Source of the DNA: the human T2T-CHM13v2.0 reference genome, Homo sapiens
Assembly: GCF_009914755.1 (NCBI RefSeq)
Contig: NC_060928.1
Strand: one strand, 5' to 3'
Length of the DNA stretch: 64,000 nt
In this document: one piece after another, positions 11,416 through 27,189 of the stretch
How the letters are laid out: each line of letters opens with the position of its first letter
Position numbering within the stretch: the stretch's first letter is position 1
Notes under the pieces: model-generated
What the model saw: the letters and a program-made list of their open reading frames with translations, nothing else
Databases searched by the model: none
What the model was told of the DNA's origin: nothing
Position numbers and translations under genes: made by a program

Positions 11416-11513
11416 TCAATCCTGTTTATTGTGATCCTTGGTATCTTCTTCATCTGTATATTCTGATGGTTCTTCTCCTGGTTTTAGGAGTCTGCCTACA
11501 TAATCATATTTTT
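11416..11513 (-). CDS. PGRMC2: PGRMC2 coding exon 3 (C-terminus and stop)
   Basis: AG acceptor at 11515-11514; (E)KYDYVGRLLKPGEEPSEYTDEEDTKDHNKQD*; 98 nt, phase fits exon 2. Confidence 0.97.
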
Positions 11514-11755
11514 CTGAAAGATACATCAAAAGAAAATCAGTGGTGATCAAATTTGTTTCACTATTCCATTATACAGAGAAAAGGCATTTGTCTGTTTTAG
11601 AATCATATAAAATATGATTATTAGAATATTATCTAAATATTCTAAAATTGCTTCACCATGGCTGGTCTTTATACACATGTAAAGCCTGAACAAAAGAAAA
11701 CAGGATTAGGGAACTTATAAGGCTTGGGAATTCTTTGCAAGAGGGTGTTCTGTAC

Positions 11756-11870
11756 CAGTGATTCTTAGTTGGATACTGCATCAGAATCACTTGGAGATCT
11801 TTTTTAAAAATGAGTAAGTCCAGGACCCATCTCAGTACCCAGCTAAACCAGAACAGCTGTTCCAAGGGAC
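11756..11870. mobile_element. MER5A-type hAT relic in intron 2
   Basis: CAGTGATTCT...GCATCAGAATCACTTGGAG motif. Confidence 0.6.
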
Positions 11871-12209
11871 CCAGGGGTCAGATAAACAGCTGGGACAGCA
11901 TCACACAAGTGGTAAAAACTGATGTTATGAGGGCATAAGAAAGGGGAAAGATATTTTTTATCTACATTTCGAGTGTTAAGATCTGTAAAATCATTTTGGA
12001 ATAAATTATAGTATTGAAATCAGTAATCAACTCAGTTTTAAATATAAGCCTGTATTTTTAAAAAACTAAACCTTAATGAAGAAGCTGACTGTAAGTATCA
12101 CAATTTTTGAGGCTTAGAATTTGTAACAAGTCATTTTTTTAAATATTGATTTTCAAAATAATTATCACATGTAACAATCATATTTTTATTTAGCTATTTT
12201 TTGCAATTT

Positions 12210-12318
12210 CTTTTTTTGGACAAGTCTCACTATGTTGCCCAGGTTAGTCCTTGAACTCCTGAGCTCAAGGGATTCCCATCAGCAGCTAGGACCACAGGCA
12301 TGTGCCACTTCACCCAGC
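12210..12318 (-). repeat. FLAM / Alu monomer in intron 2
   Basis: Poly-T then GTCTCACTATGTTGCCCAGG...GAACTCCTGAGCTCAAG...CACCCAGC. Confidence 0.75.
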
Positions 12319-12461
12319 TTTAGCTATCTTTAAAAATATTATCAAATAATGATGGCAATGAAAACGGATGACATCCTTAGGCTCTTAAAGCATGTAAAAT
12401 AGTATATATTTTCTTTGAACAAATATTTAATTTTCCAAAGAATCCAACAAAATAAAAATAC

Positions 12462-12617
12462 CTTTAAACTGCATTTCCCATTCTCGAACACTCTCCATTT
12501 GTACTGCATTCAAATCTGAGAGATCATCATATTCATCTCTAAGTGCATCTTTATCTAGGCAAAATGTGGCCAGTCCTCTGGAGGCATCCCTACCAGCAAA
12601 TATTCCATATGGACCCG
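12462..12617 (-). CDS. PGRMC2: PGRMC2 coding exon 2 (cytochrome b5-like heme/steroid-binding domain)
   Basis: (A)[51 protein letters not shown]; AG/GT boundaries; 156 nt. Confidence 0.97.
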
Positions 12618-14341
12618 CTGGAAAAAAGAAAATAAATTATTTAGATCACCTAACAATATTTTAGAATGTCTCAAAGGAAAAAGTAAAAAAAAAAAAAAAA
12701 AACACAACAAAGAAAAAAACCCCTCATAATTCACATTTGTATATACCCTTAATTTCAAAACATGTACAGATACTAGATGGAATAAGAAAAGAAATTTGTT
12801 GGAAATCTGCCTTTTGACCCAAGTAAAGCTTTTCACTTAGATCTTAAAACCCTCAATTTCAATTACTTCAGATATCCCCAAACTTAATATTCAAAATGAA
12901 GACTGTGAGGTAATGAGGGAGAAGAAGAAACTTAAGTGGTTAGGTTTAGAAGCCAGTCTGCTTGAGGGGAAATAATGTTTACTGGTTGCTGTTAATAGTG
13001 GCATCAAAAAAATAAAAATAATCAACAGAACATCATGTATTATGTAAAGACTCAGCTGAACTTGAATCTGTAACATTTTTCTTTCTGCTATCCTTATGAA
13101 GGTTGTAATTCTATGAGAAAAGAGACTGTATCATCTTTGTGGTCCCAGTGACTAGTTCAGTGCTCAACACGCATTTAATAAATCTTTGCTGAGTGGTTTA
13201 ATAAAAAAAGACCCATATTCAAAATAAATCATCTGACTACCATAATATATATACAATGATCTATATAAACTAGGAAAAGTCATTAAGGAAAATAATAGCT
13301 CTTACTTGTCATGACTTTTGGAAAACAGAGGAAGTAGCTATAAGGAATAATTCTTCTGGACTGACACATTAAGCAATAATTAGCATTTTATCCAAGGAAT
13401 TGGGTACCATTCTCTCTGAGGAGAAATGGCATGACTGATGTGTTGACAAAAACCATTCCCAAGGTTTGTCCTTGAGAACAGCAATTTGTTCATCAATTGA
13501 GGATTTGTATCCTCAATGCCTAGCACTGTGCCTGGCATAAAGTAGGAACGTAATAATTTTCTTCCAAATGACTTAGCTGTAGTTCCGAATAAAAAGAAAC
13601 TCAAGATTCTGTAAACAGATTCACTTATGGTAGGCAAAGACACTATTATGAACAACAACAACAGAGTGGTGAAAAACAGGGCTTATAAATAAAAGAACAA
13701 AGTATGTTCTGATAAGTAAACAAGCAGAAAAAACTAGAAATTCCTTGATTTTTAAATGAGCGAAATGATTATATTCATATATAAAAGTATTTAGGAAACT
13801 GAAAGTTATGTGTCAAAAAGTCTCTGTACCTTCTGAGAGTAGAAATCGAGGTTTCACTTAAATAGATATCTAAGCATTTATGAGTATTAATTTGAGTTGC
13901 TAACAGCACTGTACTATAAAGTTAACCAGATGTGAAATTCATTCTCTGAAAAGTTTACTGCATGGAACTAGAAGTAGCATTAGCAATAATTTTAAGAGTA
14001 GCATTCATAGGTATTGATACAGTAACATGAAAGTAAAGCTAACAGTTCCAGTAAAGTACATTTGTATTCTGCTTTTCTTATTCTTATTGCATTTTCCATA
14101 TTGCTACATCGTATCACATGACTATCAACAATTATTTATCATTGAATGGTTATATATTATCCCACTGAATGGATGTGTACCTGTAATTTATTTAATCAGT
14201 CTTATTAACATAGGCTACCATTTTATACTTTCAAATGTGACTTCTATATAAGAATATGGAACACAATTTACCACTGGCCAATATTCGTAACCTTCAAACT
14301 TTTTCTATCATCTCAACTGACATTCAAAAGGGTATTAACCA

Positions 14342-14648
<307 letters not shown>

Positions 14649-15825
14649 TTATGTCTGTGTGTGTACATGCACATGTGCGTGCAAAATTCTACACACTTTG
14701 TGGCAATGGGTGTTTTCAGGAGGACAAGGAGAGAGACAGAGACAGAGAACTAGTGTGTTTAAAAATAAAAATTTCTAAGAAACAATGATAAAAAAAATCT
14801 ATAAACATTATATTTACCCTTAATGCTGACTAGACCAATGCTTATAAACTTAAAAAAGCAAAAAGTGAAACATACAAAAGGAAAAATAAAACTAATAAAG
14901 GCCATAACAATCTACAAATGGAAAATTATAGGTTCAATTTTTAAAAGAATTTTCCAGCAACCTCACTTTTCTCTCTCAGAGTTTCCCAAAGTGGAAGGGA
15001 CAGACTGCCTTCCCCATTTGGCAGATAAAAAACAGGAGCGGAGGCATTCAGTGTGATTTGCCTAAAATTACTGACAGAACTGAGAGTACTATTTCCACTT
15101 TCCTAAATCCTCCAGTGTACCTCAAGAAAACACATAGAAGACTCACAAGCCCAAAGATGGAGTAACGACCATGAAAACTGGAGCATTTTACTACTTACAA
15201 AATTTCAAGGGAATGAAAATTTTAGAATACTTATTAAATCAAAATGGAAGAGAATTAACAAAAAAGCTCTACTTAATAGCTTTTCTAAGCATTCTATTAT
15301 AGTATTTATCTCCATGGCCTGCAAACATTAATCTACTTCAGGCACTTCAGAGTATAAGCCATAAAACACATTTAAATGATACAAAGGAGAGAAGATAAAA
15401 TCATTATAAAAACAGCAATCAGAAAGCCCTCCATCTTTGAGTATATTAATATATACCAGTGCATTCTCTATTAATTTCTCTACCAACTTCCCTAAGAAAG
15501 CTTCAACACTGAATGAATAATAATAATAAAAAATTTCATAAAATATGCTCTTTCTGGGGTACTGGGGGTAGGGAATGATTGACTTGGTAAGAGTGAACTT
15601 GAGTCAACAGTTAATAATCCAAGCCAAATTCCAGACAAATGATGTTCTGTTGACTCTTGAATAGAAAAGAATAATTCAGTGATTAACATATTCCCCCACT
15701 CCCTAAACTATATTAAGCTGTCTTCTCCATATGTTTAGAATTTCCCTCAGGAAGCATTTAACTTCTGCAAAGGTCTTTTTAGTAATAATTTTCTATGCTC
15801 TTTCCTGTAAGACCATTAAAAAAAT

Positions 15826-16124
15826 TTTTTTTGTTGTTTTTTGAGACAGGGTCTTACTCTGTCACCCAGGCTGGAGTACAGCGGCTCAATCATATTTCAC
15901 TGTGGCCTCTACTTCCTGGGCTCAAGTAATCCTCCTGCCCTAACCTCCCAAATAGCTGGGACTAGAAGCATGGCCCACCAGGCCTGCATAATTTCTTTTA
16001 TTTTTTGTAGAGACAAGGTCTCCCTATGTTGCCCAGCTGATCTTGAACTCCTGGCCTCAAGCAATCCTCCTGCCTTTGCCTCCCAAAGTGTTAGAATTAC
16101 AGGCCTAAGCCACCATGCCCAGCC
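15826..16124 (-). repeat. Alu (J-type)
   Basis: Full dimer; degenerate TSD CTGTAAG(A/G)CCATTAAA. Confidence 0.9.
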
Positions 16125-16443
16125 TTCTGTAAGGCCATTAAAGAATATAACATTAGGAACTAAAGTTGGAACTGGATGGGTTATTCTGAGGAAGGATTTG
16201 ATGTCTAATAAAAGGAGATTTCCCTGCATTCATAATACAACCAGGAGCTTATCTGAAAAGTCAGCAATACCTTCCCATTCCGTTATCCCCTTACATAAAA
16301 AACCTAAATATTTACCAATTCTAATATTTGGTAAGTATACTTGGCTATTCATAATACTAAAACAATAGGGAGCTCCCCAAATAAAGCCAATTTGAAATGG
16401 TTTAAGTCTGTTGCATGGTATAATTTATTTATTTGTATTAGTA

Positions 16444-16721
16444 TTTTTTTTTGAGACAGAGTCACACTCTGTGGTGTGATCTCAACTCACTGCAACCTCT
16501 GCCTCCTAGGTTTAAGTGATTCTCCTGCCTCACTCAGCCTCCCAAGTAGCTGGGATTATTGGGTGTGGCACCACGCCCAGCTAATTTTTATATTTTTGGT
16601 AGAGAGGGGGTTTCACCATATATGGTGGACAGGCTGGTCTTGAACTCCTGACCTCAGGTGATCCGCCTACCTCAACCTCCCACAGTGCTGGGATTACAGG
16701 CATGAGCCACTGTGCCCAGCC
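16444..16721 (-). repeat. Alu (S-type)
   Basis: Alu dimer with a short right-arm deletion. Confidence 0.9.
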
Positions 16722-17021
16722 TAATTTATTTTTAAAAAGGCTAGTTTACATGATCTGGTTATTTTTTATTATTAAGGCTCATTTAGACACTAACAGTTCA
16801 GTAGTAACTAGAAGAATTAAATTCTGTTGCTTTATCAAATATTAAAATATAATGCTGATCCAAAAACAGCCTCCCAATTTTAAGCAAATTCGTGCTACAA
16901 AAAATGAACAGCATTATTCAGTCAAAGCAAATACTCTGAAATATACTTACATAACAAATATTCAAGGACATCATTTTAAAGATAAATTTTATTTCAAAGC
17001 TATTGTTAAATATACCAACAA

Positions 17022-17326
<305 letters not shown>

Positions 17327-18349
17327 TCAGATTTCATTTAGTTTTCAGTGTCAATCCAACTTGTGGTCAAGATATTTTAAAGTTCAATAAACCTATTTGT
17401 TACCGTATCCTAAAACTGCTTACTTTAATACAATCAGTTAGAATGAGGTGACATATTCTTGAAACAGCAACAACATATGCTCATTGTAAAATGTTTTAAA
17501 TATTAATTTAATAAACAGAAAATTCCAGGAGGAAGTAAATATGTAGTAACAGATAATTTTGTGATTATTAGGATGATTATATAGCTACCTTAGTGTTTCT
17601 AAAGGGATATTTTAATTATTCTCACAGTTTAAAAACCATATCTCTCAGAGATGAACTTTAATTAATTAAAGTTTATCAACAGTGCAGTTTTCAGGCCTGT
17701 TTTGACAATAATCTTTTGTGATTATAAATTGAGTAACTAATAACACTTAGTATTGGGTAATTTATTTCAAATAAGATTATAATCAGCCTATCAACAAATG
17801 AGGCAATATGTAAAAGTGATTAACTGAACTAATAAATTTTTTTATGCTTAGGTCCAGTAAGTCCCAAGACTTTTAGAGAGAATGCAGTATGGTAAAACTG
17901 AAATAATACCTCTCAAGAAGACAGATACTTGGGTTCTAGAGGATCCACTCACAATCAACAAGTCTCGATTTCCATAGTCCTTAGATCCCTCAAATATAAA
18001 TTAGGAAAATTATTTTACCTGCCTGAAGTTGAGACCAAACTAAATAATCTCTTGAATAGTATGATTCTATAAGTGACTGAAAGTGCAATCTTGCTTCTGA
18101 AATTTGAGCTACTGTCAAAAGCGCTCAGCAACATTGTGAACTGAGCATATGGCCTTAACTCCAGGGTGCATGGGTAGGCTGGGGTAAAGAAAAGACAGAA
18201 AAATTAAAAGCCCAGGCCCGTGCCACTTATGGGAGTGGGGCCTGAGTTTATGCAACCCATGCAGAATGAAAATTCCAAGGTGAAAAAATAGTATGAACTC
18301 AAATATCTATAAGAATTAATGAACACTAAAGATAATACTTCAAGTATTA

Positions 18350-20075
<1,726 letters not shown>

Positions 20076-20129
20076 TTGTTTTAACTTACGTGAGGCCCTA
20101 TTTTGCAACATACCCAAAGCACTTTACCT

Positions 20130-21900
20130 CTTTCACAACTTAGGGCTCATGGAATTTTACAGGAAATACTCCAAAATTAAAAAAAGTAACTACTGAAGAT
20201 AATAAGTTCACAATAAAAAATATAAACTACATGAAGAAACAAACCATCATGGAGGAGTGGGCACATATAACAGATACAGAAGCAGATTAAAGAACTAAAG
20301 TAAATTTGCTTAAAATTATTAAGAAATGGTACAAAAGGAAAGATTAAGAGACATTAAGAATAGAATGAAAACCTAATGTATATCTATTAACAGTTCCAGA
20401 GGAAGGAACAGAGATAATGGAAGAGGCAATAAGTAACAGCAAATTTTCTGGAAAAAAAAAAAAAAAAAAAAAAAGGACAATATATCCACAGACTTGAGTA
20501 GAGTTTGGTACATGGTAAATAAAATCAAATCCATACCTGGACAAATCCTAGTAAAATAGCAAAACCCCAAAGACAAAAAGATCTCAACTACAACCAAAAG
20601 GAAGAAAAAGATTAATAAAAGTAAAGAGAAACTACAAGCCGACTCCTCACCAACAAGTGGAAGACAGTGGCATAACGCTACTGAAGAGTTGAGGTATAAT
20701 AAGGTCAATTTACATTTTTTTTTGAGACAGGGTCTTGCTCTGTCACCCAGGTTGAGTGCAGTGGTGTTATCAAGGCTCATTGATCTTCTGGGCTCAAGCG
20801 ATCTTAATACCTCAGACTCTTGAGTAGCTGGGGCCACAGGTGCATGTCACTATGCCTAGCTAATTTTTTATATTTTTGTAAGAGACAGAGTCTCGCCATA
20901 TTGCCCAGGCTAGTCTTGAACTGCTGGGCTCAAGCAGTCCTCCCACCTTGGTCTCCCAAAAATGGTAGGATTATAGGCATGAGCCACTGCGCCTGGCCCA
21001 ATCTACAATTTTATATTCTAAACCCAAACTATTATTCCTGAGTGAGGAAAAATAAAAAATTTTTTCCTGCCAGTGAAAAACTATAGGACACACCTCACTA
21101 AAATAAAAAGTGAACCCCAAAGAAATGAGATGCAAGAAACAACAGTGAATTAAAAAAATGATAACCATGTTAGTAAATTTAAACAAGGACTATATTAAAA
21201 AGATAATAATTTCATCAATTTTGGGGTGGAGTTTGAAAAAACAAAGTGAAGCTAAAGTCTAATAGTGATACTGTGGAAAACAGGATGGGGGAGGAATCAG
21301 AGTTAAAGCTTTCTAACCAGGGCCTCAACATATGACTATGTACAACGCAGGGGATACTATCCATATTTGTAGTCATGGCAGTTTTGCTTATTTATTAAGA
21401 AATAATCTGTCAAATGTCAGTAAAGTATCTTAAAGAGGCAGCTTTTTCAAATTGACACTAAAATGATGTTTGGCTAAAATTCTTATATTGTTCAGAAGCA
21501 TAGGATAGTCATCTATAGCAAAAACTTAAGGAAATCACTAAAAGGATAGAAATAGAATACATCCAAATCAGTAGAGGAGAGAAAATGGAAGAAATAAAAA
21601 AATCAATCAGAGAAGGAAAAATAGTGGGAAAAGAGGCAAAGAAAAGTAAGGTGAAGAGAAATCACAAAATAAGATGATAGAAATAAACCTAAATATACCC
21701 GTAATCACAAAACATATACACTAATTAAGCTATTAAAGGACATAGTGCTAATATTAAATGAAAAAATCCAGCTATATGTCATTAATGTGAGAAAAATAAA
21801 ACAACACAGATTGACTAAAAGGGATGGAAAATGAAATATTGTGTTAATACTAATCAGATAAAGGCTGAAGTAAAATCTGAAAATCAACAGTGTTAAAGAG
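20130..21900 (+). mobile_element. Ancient L1M/HAL1-like ORF1 region interrupted by AluJ
   Basis: Strong A skew and degenerate L1 ORF1-like motifs (CAGTTCCAGAGGAAGGAACAGAG, AGACAGTGGCATAA, TTTTATATTCTAAACCCAAACTA). Confidence 0.5.
20715..20998 (-). repeat. Alu (J-type)
   Basis: Alu dimer, minus orientation. Confidence 0.88.
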
Positions 21901-23597
21901 GTTTCTAGTATGATCAGTTCTAGATCTACTGCTAGATGGCTTTGCTCGGTATAGAAAGCATAGTAACAATCTCACTTCAGAACATTCTCATACCCAATCT
22001 TTGTATGGCTGGCTCTGTTAGGTTTTTGCTTAAATGTCGAGCCCTTTTTCTCGAGAATCTAACATAAAAAAGGTAACCTTGCTTAGCCACTTAATCTAAA
22101 TAAAGTCCTTTGTTACCCTCTATTCCCATTCTATTAATTTCTTTTATAGCATATTACAGATTATAATTACATACTGAAATCCTTGTTTACTGCCTCTCTT
22201 CCTTAATAGACTATTAACTCCATGAGGATAGGAACACATCTGTTTTGAAGACTCAGTTAACTCCATTTCTCATCTCTTAAGCTTTTACTGTAATGAAATC
22301 CAGGGAAGTCTTCCTCAGTATTTAAAAATGGAGCTGAAATCCTATTATTAAAGATCCTGAGACTGGATATAGGCTCCAAAAGAATACAGGAGTTATACAG
22401 TCATGTCTGTCTTGGGTGCACAGGGAAAGGAGTGGTCTATGTCAGAGTGTTGAAAAAACAATTAAAAGAACTTGAATGGCTAATTCCAGATGTTATTAAA
22501 TCTACTCCTTTCTTCCACCCTGAATAACAGCTTCTGGTTTCAAGCTATCCTTTTATAATATGCTTTAGGATTTAACACAAATACGATTCCCTCAAAGATT
22601 AAAAACAACGGGATGATGTTGAATTCAGAGCCAACTAAGTAGTTATAATAGAAATAACTAGTAGAAATTTGAGCAGAATATAAAAAATCATCAGAAAACC
22701 TAGCTAATCCTTTTATCTTACTGGTAGGTAATAGATGCATATGGGCATTAGCCCAAACAACAAAGCCAGTTGGCTTCAAAGCAAGAAGCTGGGATGAGAG
22801 GTGGGCAGTGGCAACTTTAGGACATCCATGAAGAAATAGGTAAGATTGGGTCCAGTTTTTATGATGCAACTCTGCAAACACAGAGTTTCCAATTCTGCAA
22901 ACTAAAGTGTTAAATAAAAGTGAACAAATTGAAGATAAAGTTTAAAATGGAGGAAAAACACTTCAAGGTACATGTGTTCTTTTCCCCAACCTCCTAAATA
23001 TTAGGCATCTCATGGGGTTCTTCTTACGTGACTTTTTTCTTTCAGTGGAATTTAAAAGGTAAGTTGGAAAAAATATAGCTTTGGTATATGTCAAAGAATA
23101 CTCCACCTGGAATAAGGGAGCAGCAGTATTGCAAGGTTCAACAACGCAAAATAAACTATCAAAAAGTCAAGTGTATAATTTTTTGCCATTCCAAAAAAAT
23201 AAAAGCACTGTTTTGGTAAAGTTCCATTGCAGTAATATTAAATAAAATTGTTAAAAATTATACTAGCTGTTTGAGTCTTCAAAACTTATGATTCTGTAAA
23301 CATGTGAAACTGAATAGACTATGTTGTAATACAATGGGAAGGATTGAAGCTATGAAAATCTGGATTTAATTTTTAGTGTTGCCACCTACTAGATATGTGG
23401 CTTTGGGCAATCTCATAGGGCTGTTTGAAAATTAGCGATACTAAGCTCAATAAATGGAGTTTCCTCCTTCTCCTCCTCTGACCTTTAGAATCAGTGTTGT
23501 TTTCAACAACTCTCTGGGAAGACAGAAATACTCTAAGAGGTGCCTTGTTAGTGCAGTAGGTGGCACGCCAGTCTCACAATATGAAAATATACAAAGT

Positions 23598-23737
23598 GCA
23601 CTGTCCAAAATGGTAGCCATGGTGGGCTCAGCACTTTATATGTGGCTAGTGTTACTAAGGAACTCAATTTTTAATTATATCTAATTTTAATTAATTTACT
23701 TTTAATTAGCCACCTGGGGCCACCATTTTGGGCAGTA
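23598..23737. mobile_element. MER3-like hAT MITE
   Basis: Terminal inverted repeats ACTGTCCAAAATGGT / ACCATTTTGGGCAGT around an AT-rich core. Confidence 0.65.
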
Positions 23738-23745
23738 TAACATAA

Positions 23746-24209
<464 letters not shown>

Positions 24210-25234
24210 GAAAGGCATGTTTTTTTTGAGGCTTTAAATCCTTGGATTTATGGGAACCAGGGAAGAGTATAAAGAAAAACAACAGTAAGATTCTCTACAA
24301 GTTTATCACAGGATGCAGTTTACTAGAAATAGTATAGATAAGCTGTGTGGTAATATCCATCTGGATTTATTAGACATACATGTAATCCAAGCCAATTTAC
24401 CTAAAATACCTAGACCTCAGACTCCCCACCTGTAGAGCAGGAATACTTACCAACTTCACTGAGGAATTATGGAGATAAAAAAATTAATGGATCTGATATT
24501 GTGGGTGCTTAACGAATCTGGTTTTCTTTCTCCTCCTGTATTCAGTTTTTTACATGACCAAACTTTCCTCACCTGCTGGCCAAGTGCCTGATCTGTTACT
24601 AAATTTAATATTGGCAAATACAGTTAATGCCAACTGTTTGCCAAAATGTGTATACTCCACCAAATTACACTGTCAATATTTAATTAAGAGCCTGAACTTT
24701 AAAAATGTATGACTAAAAATAAACACATGTTTAGCATTATGGAAAAATCTCACAAAATTTAATCCTAAAACCATTATTGTGAAATTAGGGTAGATATTGG
24801 CTAGGCATAGAAACTAACAATTACTGCTTCTGAATTATTCTGCTACAAAACTGCTTAATTTATGAGGATGAAAATAAAAATTAAAAGCAAAACTGAACTT
24901 GTATCTGTTTTATAGCCAGAAATTTGGCTTTAAGATTTTTTGAAAAGTACTACTTATTACATTTTCTATTAATATGCAATATCAACATATTCTAAGCCCA
25001 TAAAATGATCTGGCTTTCTTTAAGGTTCCTTTCAATAATAAAATATTCAAATATCTGTTATGTTGTTGATCAACTGTAGAATACTAACTGTATATCACTC
25101 TTAGGCTGTTCAACAGAACCTAGGAACTGGCAGAAACTAATCTAAAACTGACTTCTCCATTGTAATCTCAAGAGCCTCCCTCAGTGCACATACCATAAAA
25201 AAGCAATCTACCACCTATGACTCTTAATTTTTAA

Positions 25235-25528
<294 letters not shown>

Positions 25529-27189
25529 TAATTTTTAATTTCTATCACAGAACAAACGTTTGCCACTGGAGGCTGCCAAACTGTTTCTATGACTGTCTCT
25601 CTTAGCTATTTTCAGATACTGCCAAGGCATAATGTGTGAGGACTAATACGATTCTTTGTACTAATACTTTGTTTTCTTCAGTGGCAGTTCAGACAGGGTA
25701 CAAAAGCTGATCTTTTAGCTGGGTAAGGTCTATATTAAAAATTTAAACCTGTACAGGATTTCTAATCACTTAACACATTTTAATACCAATGGGGGAAAAG
25801 CTTGAACTAGGTATAAAATGCTGTCTAAATCCTTGATTTAAAAAAAATTTACTTCGCTTGGCCTGTTTAAATACTGTACTTTGGCCCTGTTCTCTTGTCC
25901 CACGTGTGCTTAAGTAAACAAAAATGTATTAACCATTTCAGTTGATATAAGTAGGCAGACACCTTGTGTTCACATTTATGTAACCAGAAGCAAAAACTCT
26001 GTAAGCTATGTATTTACTTGGTTGGATTAAATGTGTATATATACACAGAAGTACAAACAACTAAGAAATAAATTACATAATTCAACACCAAAAATCTCCT
26101 ATTTCTTATCCCTATTCCAATGAACAAACTACAAACCAAAGCACTTCTAAAATATCTTCCAGCTATCAAGCACTGAAATCAGAAGTATATATTTTTAAGT
26201 GTCAATAAATCTTATACACCTACAGATTAAATTAAGGAGAAAACCAGCTTACTTCCAGACTGCCAACCCTATGACTTTAAGGCTTGGAGGTACTCTCTCC
26301 AATAACAGGTCACTTTAGGTCTCTAATTTAATTATTTATTCTTATTGTAGTCACCACTTTTTTTTAAAGCTTAGTATTAATCAGTGCACAACCAGGATGC
26401 ACAATGTTGCTCAACTGTATGATATACCAACAGGTTCCATGAGTCTGGGGTTTATTAACATAATCCAAAATGTATGCTACAACCACACTGTAAAAAAAGG
26501 GCGTCTAAATCAACTACCCTACACAAAGTTCCCTGAAAACAAAGTTCTCTCAAAACAAAGTTCTAAAAATCTTTAACTTGCATAACTGGCACATGGGGGT
26601 ATAAATCTACAACTCTTCTAAGTTTTTTCTCCTTAGTTCTGCTAAGTGAAAACACAAGTCATTATCAACGTGTACTTGAAAAGAGAAAAAAAAAGAAAAA
26701 AGAAACCAGAGACACGCCTGCTGGGTATAGGAGCTCCACCCCCAAAACTCAAGGTGAATATCCTTACCAGTCTTTAATAAGCTCTGCATTCTGGTCTGTT
26801 CTCATCCCACATACCTTGTTAATCATGGAAAGCAACTCCGAACTAAAACTGGTTTAAAGAGAGTCCGAGGTGTTGCTTATACGTCTGGACTTCAGAGACT
26901 GGAGGGTTGGGACTTTACATGCCCCTAAACGTGGCCTTACGGAGTAATACAGCGAGGGAAAAAAGGAGATCAGTGGCAAAAAAAAAAAAAAAGGGGGCAA
27001 GGAAAAGAAAACGGTGAATTACAGAGCCCAAAACTTTAGTTTAGGTCCCAACTTCAGAAATCTCCCTTCCCTGGTGCCCCATCCATCCCAGGAATCAGGA
27101 GACTCAAAAAAGGTTAAGGGCCAGCGTTGACCTGTGACAACTAAAACGATTTTGAAAAATCCAGCCAAAGAAACAAAAAAAAAAGGCTG

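Noticed and set aside
15841-16368. Alu-derived ORFs (this one and many similar across the window)
   Set aside because: Translations of Alu sequence ([21 protein letters not shown]).
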